Notes under the pieces: model-generated | Told to the model about the DNA's origin: nothing | Seen by the model: only the letters and a program-made list of their open reading frames with translations | The model's database searches: none | Assembly (NCBI GenBank): GCA_000708835.1 | Contig: DF236952.1 | Coordinates: forward strand, 248,001-312,000 | Source of the DNA: Klebsormidium nitens | Taxonomy: Eukaryota; Plantae; Klebsormidiophyceae | Length of the DNA: 64,000 bases | Direction of reading: 5' to 3' | Program-made: the position numbers and the translations under genes | In this document: positions 12,611 through 26,100 of the stretch, one piece after another | How the letters are laid out: every line of letters begins with the position of its first letter | Numbering within the stretch: the first letter of the stretch is position 1

Positions 12611-13849
12611 TGGCGAACAGAACGCATGCAAGCAAGTTTGGCTAGGACACTTGATCTCAGGCTTCAGCCGCTTCAACAACGAAAATTATGATGCTAGCCT
12701 GCACTGGCAGCCTCCCATTGCCAGCCCCGCCAAGCTTCTCTCCCAGTCCTGACTCCCAAGCTCCGAGCAGAGAAGATACACCATTGAAGACGTACAGTGG
12801 GATGGACCCGGCGGTGCAAGCTCTACTCGAGTCTCGACTGTGACCATGTCCACGTGGCATTGTATGATTCGAAGAAGGTGCGGCGGCCAGCATCGAGCTT
12901 TATTGTTTACCGAATCACTGCTTCAGAGCTGCTTCATTTGACATTCACTGCTTTAACTTGATTCAATGCAATTGCACTTACGAAAGTGTTATCGCACATG
13001 GTTTCCGGGTTTCTTTGGAAGAGATTTATGAGCACCATATCCTTGTGCATTAGCTTTAAGCGCATGCTTGATCAGATGTCTGTTTCACGCAGCTACATGT
13101 GCTTATAAAAGCATTCTGTGGTGTCCGTGGGAGCACTCTGTGGAATTACTGAGGCTTTCTATAGCCCATTCTGGCTGACCAGTTCAACGATCATTGATAG
13201 ATTTGAGGATAAAACTTGCAATCAATGGTTTGAAATTTAATCGCCAGTTACATTGTGGGAATGAGGACACACGTATGACACACACGTTGGGATGTGTGAT
13301 GCAGCGGCCGTTGTGCAATTTAATTGGCACCTGCAACCGCAGTGCAAATCCAGCCTACCTCAAGCTCCAATATTACTCCTTTGCTCTTACTATCGTAACC
13401 CATCGCTGCATGAGCTTTGTAATTTAAAATTCTTCTTGGGTTGCTTCAAGATCGTATGCCGAATTTAGCTGCCGGACTTGCTTAAGTGGACAGGAAAGCT
13501 CTTCGTTTAGGTATACCTACGTTTGACCAGAACGCCAGCAGGCTGGCCCGCGGGCTTATACACGTGTTTCTAACGTTCGCTTATATCGCTAATTTGAAGG
13601 GCTGCCCGTCATGACAAGTACCAACCCTCCGAAAGATCTCGTTACATTACACGTTTCCCCATGTCCTGGCAACAGGCCCTATTCTTATTCTTGTATATGA
13701 GCATACTTGACTCGGATCGGATGCCCTTTGCGATACCACGCCCCCCCCTTCCTGCTCTCTGAAAACAGCACGCTAGGAAAATCAAACAAACATATTTTCC
13801 ATGTCATTTGACGCTTCCATTACAAACAGCCTTGCAGAAGATAAATCTG

Positions 13850-16800
13850 TCATACCAGCTCCCAGTCAAACCAGCCCCCCTTCCCCGATTCTCCCCCGGT
13901 GGAATGCCCCGAATCCGCCCTAGGCAGGGCACCCTTAGCTCCGTACCACTTGGTGCGCTGCGACCGGTCGCTCTCGTTCCCGCTCAAAAGATCGTCGTCA
14001 TCTCTCCTCCCTGCCTCCCCCTCCGTCTCAGAGGCAAACTCGAGCTCTGTGGCATCTGAATCCGCTGCCACGTCCAACGGAACGGAATCCGCTGGAGCCG
14101 AAGCAGCTGCCAAACCGCCGGGCGCCTCCATGCGGGCCTTGTCGATAGGCTGGGCGTCTTCGCCGGGGCGTCGGATGGGCAGTTCCGCCGTCGTCTTCTT
14201 GTCCGTTTCCGGTTCTGCTTCAGGTTCCGCTGGGGCAGCTTCGACAGCGGGGACCACAGTTCGGGCGTCCGTTTGCACAGCCGGCGACTTGTCCGACTCG
14301 ATGCGCTGCATCTCCTGGAAAGAGACAACGGCATGTCAGCCTCGAATCCTTACGAACGTGCATTACTGCTCTGCAGAGCTTCTGAAAGATCAATAGGAGC
14401 AATCGCAAACAGATCTTCGCCTTTGGAAGGAATACAAGGTCACGAAAAGCTGATGGGTCTAGCCCCCAACCCCCACACCTGAGGCAGGGATTCCGCAACT
14501 TCTAAACGCCATCAGACGGCAGTCAGAGGGTCAAGACCGAAAGCCAAAAGCCAAGACGAAAGGCGTTTTCACCAGAACCGAGCACTGGAGACTCGAAATA
14601 AAACCAAACATGACGAATCAAAACCGAATCCGGATGTCTTCCAAAACGGCTGACGATCTCAAAACCGGGGCCCCACATCCAGATCCAAAAATCGAGATCG
14701 ACTGTCCGAAACCTTAAAACACGAGGCCCCCGGAATCCAACGAGCGAAAACTCAAACCAACAATCACAACGAACCCTCTAAAACCTACCTGCAGCTTGAG
14801 GTGCAGCTTGGTAACCCCTTCCTTAACCCGCAGGTCCTCGTGGGTCTCTTCCAGGGGCGGCGCCTGAAACAGCGGCGGGGCCAGCAATTCAAACTCCTGC
14901 GAGTCGGACGCCGAAAGCACGGACGCAGCCTGCAGGGCACGGACGTCCGAAATTAGGGACAGGCTTGACGTCCCTCGTTGGTCCGCTCTTAGGAAGAATC
15001 GTGACATCCCTTGTAAAGTCTTGACGTTCCTTGTGCGTCCGGATCAAGAGACAGTCTTGATGTCCCTTGTCTGAACGTCTTTCAATATGTGTGGCCAATG
15101 CGAAGAGCGGCATTGTTGGACGAGCATAAGTCCCTTGGGCTACACACTGGGGGCCCTCGATATCAGAAATGTCGAGACTTTGAGGCAACAGGACGAAATC
15201 TCGCAAAGAGCAGAGACAATCGCTACTCTGACTGTCCAGTTCTGCTGCGAGGTCCAAAGAATTGTCGAGGGGTGTCATCTAACACTCAGGAATGGACTAT
15301 GGGCTTAGTGTATTCACAGGAAGGCCGACTGGAGCACATTATTTGCTCACGAAGGAAAGCATTTGGGATAGCGAAGCGCACTTCCAGCTTCGAGTTGCTC
15401 ACATGAGCCAACCTGATCTCGCTCGCTGCGTTTCTAAAAGCGCTGTCGCTATCATACAGCAGCTACGGTCGTCGTCTGGTTCAAAACCGAGGTACGTTTG
15501 CACCTACAAGTCAATGCTGAAAAAGGATTCTTTTATGTACTTTGACGTGACCGGACAATCTCTTTCAAAAATGATATCTAAAATCCGTCTATAAGACCAT
15601 TTCGGCAAAGTAAAGTACAATCACCTTCTCGTCGACCTCGGCCTGCCCCTGGGTCTCCCTCCCCTGCTCGTCGCCCGTTGCCTCCTCGTCCTCGGCGCCC
15701 GGTTGATCTTCCCCGGGCACTTTCTCGTCACTGCCGGCGATGGCCGGGGCCTTCAACCGGGCTTGCGCATCCGCCCAGGCCTGGCTCTCCCCAGGCACCT
15801 CGAGGGGCAGCAAAAGCTCGCGCACAAACTCGGAGTAGAGCTTCTTCACATTGGCGCCGACCTTGGTCACTTGTGTCTCAAGCATGCGGCCAGTTTCCTG
15901 CGGAGAAGTAGTCCAATAATTTGAGCAGGGGTTTGTGAGGGTTAAGCTGGATTAAGCCAGGTTTAGGGAGGAGTTTCACAGCTCCAACTTTTCGGCCCAA
16001 CTTGCTGAGCTGATTCGAGCATGCAGCGGGAGAGAGGGCTTCAGGTTTCAGCACGCGTTGAGTGTAGGTTGGGTACGAGTTTTAGGCGCAGCAGACAGGG
16101 ATGAATTTATGTTGAGAAGGGGGATTGAGGAGAAATCCGCAAGGAGGCATTGCGACGGTACTAATCCGCAAGGAGGCATTGCGACGATACTACGGCATCG
16201 GGTCAATAACGAATGCAGATAGGAGATTGAAAGGTGCGGAGTCGTGCAAGCCATGTCAGTAGCTCGTTGTTCACGTCTGTAAACGACAGAGCAAAGAAAT
16301 TTGCAAGGCTCCCCAATCGAAGACAACTGGACACCTACACAACAGAAAGCTCTTAGACCACACTCCTAAGCCGTTCAGAAGCATCAGGCTCATTGTTTTC
16401 TACATGTTGAAAGAGATTTTTCCCTGTGCCATAATCCTCTAGACCAGTCACTCCTACAAAGTAAAGCAGTAGAACAAAGCCTCAACCCTCCATTGTCTGT
16501 TGGAATCGTAGGTCCACCCTTGGTCCCTTTACAAACAAATGTTCAAGATGTATATACAATCTACATAAAGAGAGCAACCTGACCATATGCACCAAACAAC
16601 AGAAGCAACTTTGAGATTATTCCAGGAGTTGCAAACATGTCATGGCAGGCCCGCAACGTACCGGCCCAGCCTAGGAGCAAATTGTCTTTTTTCTTTATGT
16701 GTCGCAAAGGGCAGTGAATCGCACATATAAACAATGAGGGCTTGGAATGCAGCGAGTCTAGCTTAGAAGCTTTTCCTCGTCTCATTTTACAAACTGAAAG

Positions 16801-17394
16801 AAGGACGCTTTTCCACTTAGTAAAGCGCCCCAATTCCGCACTGTAGACTGACTTTCGCCCTCATTACGGAAGATTATTGCACTCCTCAACTTGTCATTTT
16901 TGAGGTTCTTCAAGTCTTGAAAACCATGCCCACGTGTGAATGCACCACCCCTCCTCTGTATTCACAGGGTCCCTCTTTGATCCTTCTTAACGGAAGAGGC
17001 TTTCTCCCACCTGCTTTAAACAGAGGGGAACCTTCCACCTTTGGAAAAGTCCTGGTGAACAAGAATGGAACCAGGCAAACAGGCCTTTCCAAAGTAGATA
17101 CTTCGAGCTGGTAAACCCGCCTAGCAGTAATGCCTCTTTGGCCTATGTAACAGATTCTGAAGCACAAAAAGTGCGGTCAAACTGGAAAGCTCACTTACAA
17201 AATCTCTCACAACAGAATTACTTTGCTTCGTTCAAAGTAACACCAGAGAAGCTAGGCCCTAGCCTTACCTGTAAGAATACGCTCCCTCCCTGCTCCGTCT
17301 CGTATAGAGACTCCAGCTTTGTCTGTACGCGGTCCAGCCAGGACCATGAGCCCTGCTGACTATTCCCAGTGTGGACCATGCTCTTGGGCTTCAT
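13850..17394 (-). CDS. Uncharacterised protein with a conserved plant-type N-terminal motif and acidic disordered C-terminus (4 exons, ~334 aa)
   Basis: Exons: 17394-17269, 15897-15625, 14929-14789, 14314-13850; all phase 0, GT-AG. The spliced motif WSWLDRVQTKLESLYE...FLQ|ETGRMLETQVTKVGANVKKLYSEFVRELLLP resembles the N-terminal motif I recall from Arabidopsis At2g31130/At1g73130/At1g17780-type proteins (W...QKFE...VENQ.QTVG..VKKF.SD...DLLP). Confidence 0.72.
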
Positions 17395-20300
17395 CGCACT
17401 CCCTCTTTGGCAGATTTCAGGTTTGGACAGCTGTCACCCTCGTTGCCAGCTACTGAGCTCTGCCTTCTGTCGCCGTTGTGAAGACAGCTCTCGCTTATGC
17501 AAGGCTGTCAGCACTACTGTAAGGAGCACCACCGCTGTTTCTGGCCAACGTGACCACTGACTCTAGAAACTTTTTTGGTAGAACCTCAATGCAGACAGCT
17601 GTCACCGCTGTTTGGACAGCTGTCACTGCTGCTTCTGACGGCTCGCTGCGCCCCTTGTTCCTTGCCCGGAGGGGCAATGGAGAAGTTGCGCTTACTCGTT
17701 CAGTCCTTCCAAGTATGAGGCGGTGCGCCTGAATTGGCCACAAGCAATGGAGCAACGCCGCCGTTTCGGACACCACTCCGCAATCCTCGGCCCTATATAA
17801 AGCCAATGCTGTTCGCTCGCTGGTCGCAATGCTCTGCTAAGGGCAGAGTTTCGGGCTTGGGACCAAACTGGGGTCGTTCACAACAGGGTAACAAACTGCA
17901 GTGGCAGAGGTGCAGGTTAGAAGCAGCAGTGTGGCAACAACCTTGAAGTGCAAAATTCGGGATTGAGTAATTCGACCCATGTTTCTGAGTAGCTCCATTC
18001 ATCGAGCCCTGAAAGAACAGGGCCCCATTGTCGCTTTGTACATGTTGATTGAGAGTCTGCGGCCAATGATTTTGTGCATTCTAAGAAAAAGTTGTTTAGG
18101 AACATCATTGGTACAACTTTGTGCAGAAGAGGTTTGAGTTAAGGATGGTGAAAAAGATACTTTGTACCAACTGAATCAACTCCTTCCAAACAAGACTTGT
18201 GGTCATGTCCTTGTTTAGGCTTGGGATTCGTCCTGTCGCGTTTTCTTAACAAAATGAACTGAGCAGGTCTTGTGAAAAAATACAATAAGCAGAAATTGCT
18301 GCTGCCATACACATGAGGTCTCATTGTTACAAGGGGCTCTCAGTCACAACTCCTCTGAAAGAAAGCAAAGAAAATACTTTGCAATTCAGGTCACTGGAAG
18401 AGAGACGTAAACAGCTCTGACATTGATGCTCTAGCGAGCTGGATAGGGCCTAAACCGGTCTCAGCAAAGGAGTATATGTTTTAAGACATTGCAAAGGATA
18501 GCCTTGAAAAAACCAATGCTGCGCAATTCAAGCCTTGTGTGACCAACACTTTCTTCAAATACTCCAAACGGGGCTTTGCACGTACTCAGCAAGAGCACAC
18601 TTCAGAGGACACTTCAAAGCGTTGCAAAAGCATTAATAATCTGATAGGAGTGCCAACCACCTACGTACAGCTTCTCTAACTTTGAAGCCACAGCAAAGGA
18701 TGCCTGTATGGGCTAGGAAAAGTCTTTCGAAACTCTTAGGAGCTGAAAAGTTACTCACAGGAAAAACAAAGCCGCTTTTGAGAGTGTACGTTTGTCATGC
18801 AGAATACAACGTGAAGCTAAGTATGCGTGGAAAGATGGACGGGGAGTGAACGAGGCAAGAACTAGCTGAAACTTTGATAGGACATGAGCTGCAGGCTACA
18901 GTGTCTATGAATGAGAGCAGGCAAAAACCAAAGGAGAAGGACAAGTGGCCTACCAAATAGAGAGCCCTCACTCCTTTCAAAAGTGACTGTCAGGTGTGCT
19001 ATATTACTTCACTTGAAAGCACCGCCAGTGACCTTTCTAAGCGATAACACCGAGAGGACACCACTCGTCCAAGGAACCACTTGTCCATGGAGCTGCTGAA
19101 CAAGAATACAAGCAAAACGCTGGCTGTTCACAGAGCTACTAGAGACTTGGGGAATTTCCGCAGCCACACCTGAACAAGCAGACAAGGAATGACCTTCCTA
19201 CTCACCTTTTCTAGGGCAGCGCTGTGTGACGGTCAGCCTGTGTCCGCTGCGAGGGAGTTCTTTGACAGCTTGACGCCAAAGGCAAACGGCCGCATGCAAC
19301 AGCCAGAACTGCTGCTGCTGCTGCTGCTGAAGCGCAGCCAGGCTCTCAACTGGCCCCCTGTATCTGGCAGAGGTAGCACGGCCCTTCGCTTTCTTGCCCC
19401 TTGCTCGCATGCAAAGAGATGAGTCGGACTCTGGTGTCGCCCAATCAGCTTCCTAGAGCCGTCGATTGCTGATGTCAGCCTTGCGGTTACCGAATATGAC
19501 TCCACCTCTAACAAAAGTGGATTGGGATTATTCTCACTACAGTCTTTATGGTGCAAATTATTTCGCGAGCCCCTTCAAAAGAGATCGAGGTTCAAGGGCA
19601 TGATGCAGGGGCGGCTTGGTACTCGACAATAGCTTCAAAGTGAATACGCTATTTTGAAGCTTCCAAACCCCGCGCAATCATCATAAGAGGCGACCGCGCT
19701 AGAACAGTCCGGCCGCGACGGGCCGTCTAGCTCCGAAGCGGCGCCGCGGCCGCCCGGCGCGCGGGTAGTCGCCGAGACGGCATGCAATCACGTATACGGC
19801 GATCGAGCTTATTACAACACCTTGCTACAACTTAGCTACTTATACTATGAAATGAGGTCTGGGCGCCAGCAGTCTTTCGCTGTCAAGGACAGACTTCGCT
19901 GCTCATAATTTACATGGCAGAGCAGCGGTCGGGGGGCGGTCGGTGGAGATTCCAGGACCAATCATTGCACAGGGAGAACGAGGGGAGAACAGGCGGTGCA
20001 TCGTTAAACTTTTCGGTCGATTCTAGAAGCGTTGGCTCTGCTTTGAAACAAGAATTCTCTCCGACGGTCTGTCCTGAGTTGAGTTGAAAGCAGTACCATC
20101 AAAGGTTGAACAAAAGCTGATTGGTAGTACTGGTGTGAGAAGGACAATCGGCACAAAGTCTGCCTCGACCAAAAGCTTCCCTTTTTATTGACGACAAGCG
20201 GCGGGCTGCTTTTCATTTATTTTTTTATTCTTTGTTTTTCCCGAATAGGCCTTCATAATAACAGGCCAACAGCGCTTAACATCCGATCCACGCCGTACCA

Positions 20301-21104
20301 AACAGACACCGTGCTCAAGGTGACGCGCACTCCCTGAGTCGACAATGTGGCGTCAGCTGCACACCCCAATTTGAGTGTCACGTTTTCTGAGCTAGTAGTC
20401 GTACCCAGAGGAATATTCCGGGCCCAATGTTGACAGAAAGAGGGACAACCTTCAAAACCCTCCTCGGCGCGTTGAGTTAGTTGCTCGGCAATGCTGCAGC
20501 TGTTTTGGGCACGTCTACAGAAGGTTGAACTCGAAGTTTGAAAATTACGATGGTCGATGTCCAGTCAGATAGGTGAAGCGGATGTCATGAGTGCGCGCCG
20601 GCGTGCACCCACGAGAGGTAGAAACTAGGTATGGGACGCTTTATGGGGATTTCGCCTTCCTTCATTGGTGTGCGCTTAGTTCGAGGAGAAGCGTGCATTG
20701 GATCCTGTTGCTACTCAATCGACAGCTTCATTTTGCGAGTGCATGGGCGTGATCGAAGCCCCTTGAGAAAAAGGAAGGAGGAGTTTCTGAGTTCAGGAGG
20801 TACGCGTTGTGGTGTTAGACAAACACGTTGAGATCGCAACAAGTCTTGTAAAATCCAAACTTGCTCTGTTGGTCCGCTCGCCTCAAACGAAGGCCACAGG
20901 CATTCCGAATGTGGTCATGCACATGCGTCACACAACATGCAGACATTCAAAGCTGATACGGGCTAGCACGACGAACTTCTTGACCTTCACTTGGGTCCCT
21001 TACGTGCCCCGTCTCTATGAGTACGTCCTTCTCTTTACGTCAACTTCGAGCGGTAGAATCGGTTGTTCGTCGTCTCGGATTAACACAGGAGTATTTGGCC
21101 CTTA

Positions 21105-21265
21105 ACCATGGATGGTTATGAGCTGGCTATGGGCTGGTAGAGAATGGTTATGTGTCCATTGACCAGACTTGGGCGGTAACCAGCCCCGGAACTTGTTTAA
21201 AGCCGGGTTAACTGTCTAGTAACCAGAGAATCGGTCTGGTAATCCGCCTGGTTAGAAGCCAGAGC
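21105..21265. repeat. Copy of a short dispersed repeat family (partner at ~42105-42270)
   Basis: ACCAGACTTGGGCGGTAACCAGCCC is identical at 21162-21186 and 42167-42191. CATGGATGGTT lies upstream and GGTTAA / CCTGGTTAG downstream in both copies. Confidence 0.65.
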
Positions 21266-21818
21266 TTCCTGTAGATTGGTTCGTGAGTTGGCCTCCGAGC
21301 CGAAGTAACCTTGTTGACTTGATGAAGAACGGATTTTCTACGATTCCCGCAAGCAATTCAGTCCAGCTGACGTAACGCCCGGGTCAGATCACGTGTCAAC
21401 GTTGAACACTGGACAGCAATGATGTGCTTCTTCAGCCCTTGGTTCGAGCAAAAGGACTTTGGCCAACCGGCGACCAATAGCGAAGGAGCGTAGTCTCGAA
21501 CACTCCGCAGACTTAGTTGGCGGGCTGGTATTATCAGGGCTGAAGGCGCCGCTTTTGCATTCAACATCTCAACAGCTTTTCAAAGGCGCATTTTCCCACG
21601 TGACCGCATCAACGACTTTCCGGCAGCATTCGTCAAGCTTCCAGTCACATGAGGAGATTTCGCTATCGTCTCCAGACCCATGTGGATTTTCTTTTGTGGT
21701 AAATTCTTGGAAACGTGCACTGTACAAGACCAATAATCCACTGACGAGCTTGGGTCCAACCTACGACTCGCTTGCTTACTTCTGAACCCACACGAAGTAA
21801 TTAAGTTGATTTCTTATC

Positions 21819-21996
21819 AAACTCAAGAAAAATACTAGTAAGCCAAGATAATAGTATGGTAACCACCTGGGACGGGTAGGGTTAGTCTGGTGGTTAGGGT
21901 GGGTACTGGTGCGGAACGGGTCTCTTTTTGGGTTAGGGTTTTAGTGTTAGTCGGAGCTTCCTATTATCTTGGCTTACTATTATCTTTCTTGAGTTT
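21819..21996. repeat. Fold-back element: 36-bp inverted repeat around a 106-nt G-rich loop (MITE-like or pre-miRNA-like)
   Basis: 21819-21854 (AAACTCAAGAAAAATACTAGTAAGCCAAGATAATAG) pairs with 21961-21996 (CTATTATCTTGGCTTACTATTATCTTTCTTGAGTTT) with 2 mismatches. Confidence 0.8.
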
Positions 21997-23156
21997 TATT
22001 TATTTCCGTATCGAGGGAGTTGTTGCGTGGTTGCAGAATTGTTCGGCTGTGCGGCGTCATTACTCCCGTGTGCTCATCACGAAACCGCTGACGGCTCACT
22101 GGTCATCCAGTCCTAGTGGCAAATTGCTCTGTTGGTCTTGCCCTTATACAAGCCGGTCGCTCGAACTTGACGTACGGACGACTCTGGAAAACGCAGATAT
22201 CGATCGTGCCCGTAAAAAGCTTCCCATTGAGAAGTAGAATATTTCTGTAGAAACTCAACTTGATCAGATCGGTCGTCTAAGCTAGTGCTTTTGCTGAGCA
22301 TCAGAGCTTTTGAGTTCATCAAGCTGCGTCTAGAGGACGATTTCACCTCTGCAGAAGCTTCCTCCTAGAATCAAGGCCGGCGTTTCTTTGGCTTTTAAAA
22401 AAGCCTGCTCAAAGACGTTTCACTCTGCCGCTTGTTCTCGAGATTGGCTCCCACAGCAAACTCGAAATCTGCTTCGCTGTGAGACACCATATGAAATGAT
22501 CAAATGATAAAATTTGTAACTCTGACCTGTTTAAAGCACCGAAGCAAAGATCTGGATGTAGGAACTTCTGGCCCTCCTTTGCGCGATGCAATGCGTTAGG
22601 GATGAGATCCTCAATCAGGAGAGCTCTGTAAGAAAAGCCGCATGTAAGACATCGCCGTTCGCGGGCCTTTCGAGAAAGAACATGGCAACACGCACGAACC
22701 AGCGAGAAAGCTTCCCATTCTCCTACGCCGAAAGGTGACGCCACATGCGCTTGCCACGTCTTTTTCCATGTGGGCATATGTCCCGCAGAACCCTTGCCAA
22801 GTTAGCCTTTCCGCACGTCAGAGGATGAGACGCTATTCCAGGGACGGCGTCCTTCGACGCGGTAAGGTTTCGAACTGTGGGCGCCCATCGATCTCACTTC
22901 GTCGTCGATGCCAGTTTGCTTCAGAAAACCAGGCCCGCTGCAAGTTGTGTTCTGTGTGCATTTCTGGCTCGACAGAGTAAGGGCAAAAGTTTAGAGAGTT
23001 GCCATTGAAAGTGGCTGTAAAGAGGCGCCAACCCAAGGTACTGCGGCTCAAAACTATCTTCAGCTCTGGCAAGTTCTTCACAGAGAGTCCCTCTTCGCAT
23101 CCTAAGCCTCTGACAAATCACCTTTCTGACAAGTTGCCTCCTCAATTCTTCCCAGA

Positions 23157-26100
23157 ATGGCAGGCCGCAAGCGCTCTTTTGCCAGCCCATTCTTTACCCT
23201 TCTTCCCACCTCTCTCACAGCTCTGTGTCTCTTCTGCTTTCCTTCTTCCTCCGCTCTCCCTCTGCCTCCCTCAACAGACTCTCGCGTCAGCCCAGCGATC
23301 AACCCTTCCGGCGCTTACGACCCCGACGCTTCCGGTGTGTCCACCGGTTACAACACCACAAAACCGGGAGGTGTCTGGACCGTGGTCACTACCAAGTCCG
23401 GCGTCTCGGGGGTTCACTGGGTGATCACACCGATTGTCAACACGCTGGTGATGATCGATCGGAGCGACAAAAACAACAGCTACCTGACGCTCCCCGACGG
23501 CCGCCCCTCGGTCGCGTGCGCGCACGATTTGGCGAACCCCGCGGCCGCGCCGCGCGCGCTGGACGTCATCTACAACGCGTTCTGCTCCGGGGGGCTGTTT
23601 TGGCCCAACGGGACACTGGTGGTGCAGGGGGGGTACCAGGAAACCAGCGGGTCCGACATCGGCTACAACGCGGTGCGCAATCTGGATCCCTGCCCTGCGA
23701 ATGGCACGTGCGACTTTTATGAGTACAAAGGTGAGGGCGCCGTGAGGAGAGGCTTTGCTCCTTCGTTCAGAGGAAGGGAAGTTGTGAGTATTGGAGATCT
23801 TCATGGCTGTGAGCTGTTCTTGACGCTTTGAAAGCGTTCTGAATCTACCGGGTGTGATGGATCAGTCCTACTGATGCAAGCTGCCTAGAAGGACGGATGA
23901 ACTCATCATCCGAAGACGTACCCTGATCTTTTCGACAAGCAAACAGAAGCAAGGAAGCCGAGGGAATAATCTGAGGGTGGCCTCAATTGCTGGCGCCGCA
24001 CAAAGAAAGTGATGGATCTTCCAGATTCTGCACGCATCTCCGAACATTCTTCTGAAAGGAATCTCAGAAGAGGAACTCGTGCTTTCTGGTGACTGATACA
24101 AGAGAAGTTGGAAAGTTGGGTCCAAAAAACGGGTTGAATGTATCCCTGAATGATGTTTCAATGGTACCCCGAAACATCATTCAGGGTACCATTGAAACCT
24201 GGTACCCTTTCATCATTCCTGTTATCTGCTCGCCAAGGCTTTTCAGAGCGCATCAATGATAGCATCGAGAAAACGTCTCTGTTTCACAGTCATGTAAAAC
24301 AGGCTTGTTCCGCTTTTGGACATGGCTAAATGCTGCCGACTTGAGGTGAGCATCGGAGTTCATTTGATGAACGTCAAGTCATCCACGGAGGCGGGACGGA
24401 GCATCCGGTTGAGGGATTTCGTGTAAGAATTGGATCTGCACCTTCTTCCGCTGCCCAAAATAAATCCCTATGTACGAGGACGCAGTGCTTCCTAAACCCG
24501 TGCGCGTGCCGTCGCTGAAATAAACCCCAGCTTCCAAAACTCTGGACCAATAGCTATCTTTCGCTCACGTCTTTGTGGCTCATCTTGTGCCAGGTGTCAC
24601 ACTCCTGGCGAAGCGCTGGTACCCGACCGCCCACATAATGCCGGAAGGTGACCGGTTGATCCTGATCGGGGGATCCACTCAGGGCTTCATTTTCCTCATC
24701 GATGATGAGGAATCCAACTCGGCGACGTACGAGTTCCATCCTCGGACCAAACCGGCGGATATGAAGGTACGTGTCTCTGCTCGAGTGTACCTCTCACGGC
24801 TTACACTTTCGATACGGCGGTAACAAGTCCGGATCTGGAAAGAAATGGATTCTGTGACTCAAGAACAATTGGTGCAGCAGCAATCGAACCAGAAGCTAGG
24901 TGAATTACATTTGTTGAACGGTGGTGACAAGTCCGAGTTTGGAGAAATAGGAACAAGTCTGTGACTCAAGATCAGGGCAACGTTCGAACCAGAAGCGGGT
25001 GTTCATCTGGTGTTGCGGCGGTTGGATATGATCTGGTCTTCAACGTTCAACAAAATTCTTTCAATAAGTTTATTGGTGTTTCAATTTTCTTCAATCGAAG
25101 GACAGCTGTCTTCACCGAAGGGGTTATTCAAGAATGGATGCGAATGCCTTTTTTGCATTTGAAAACCCTTATTCCGCTCATTCCCGTTTACGAATTTTGT
25201 AGAATTTTGCGTTTCAAGTGTCTGCCCTGACCTCCTCTGGAAACAGCGAGACAAGATTTCTTAATTTCCGTCTGACACGTGTCCTCGTCTGCAACAGCTC
25301 CGCCCCATGCCGCTGCTGACGCGCGCGTCCCCGGCCGTGCTGTACCCGTTCCTGCATTTAATGCCCAACGGCTACTTCTTCGTGATGGCCAACACCCAGG
25401 CGGTGCTCTTCAATTTTGACACGGGGGACGAGATCCTTCTACCGGATATCCCGGGCAAGATCTGCCGGTCTTACCCCTGGGCCGGTGGGGCTTTTCGTCA
25501 GCTCGGTTGATTGCTTTAGTTTCCTGAGACCAGTTGTTTTCGTCATAGAGAATATTGTCGCTAACCAGGCTGATCAGCGGACCTAAGTGTCATATTGTTG
25601 GACAATCAAACGGGCCTTTTTAGGACTTTTTACTGCCCAATTCCACTTTCTAACCAGCTTACAATCATCCATGTGTAGGGGCAAAAAACTTCTGGCGTTA
25701 GAGGACGACCCAATCAATCGTGTGGTCAGAATGTTTTCTTGTCGGGGTTCTCATCCTCTTCGGAAACCAGCCGATAACAAAGATTTCGGGCCAAGATCTG
25801 AGCACCTTTGTGTTCCACTTTCTTCACTTGCCTCCAAGAACCTGATTCTTGAGTCGGGAAGATAACTGAGAGTAACCCCCTATCAACGCATTTAGCTGCG
25901 CTAAACATTCGATGTCGCAGACACTGAATCTCAACCCACATCGTCTCTCTCTCGGGTGGCGATACCGGGAGTTTTTGCCCACCTATTCCTCGCCCGCGCA
26001 GGTTCCTCGGTGCTCCTTCCTTTGTCCTCCGCCAATAACTACACGCACGAGATCCTGGTCTGCGGTGGCTCTCCTTTTGACAATGACATGTCACGGGACA

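Noticed and set aside
19310-19330. (CTG)6 microsatellite; other tiny repeats at ~6830, ~16134-16186, ~44805 and an 11-bp hairpin at 44486-44517
   Set aside because: Ordinary short repeats with no evidence of function.
22113-22346. 77-aa minus-strand ORF upstream of GLOX paralog 1
   Set aside because: No recognisable motif or supporting exons.
24819-25000. ~105-bp degenerate tandem duplication inside GLOX paralog 1 intron 2
   Set aside because: Purely intronic, so not a splice-site decoy. Noted only as evidence that background tandem duplication also occurs.
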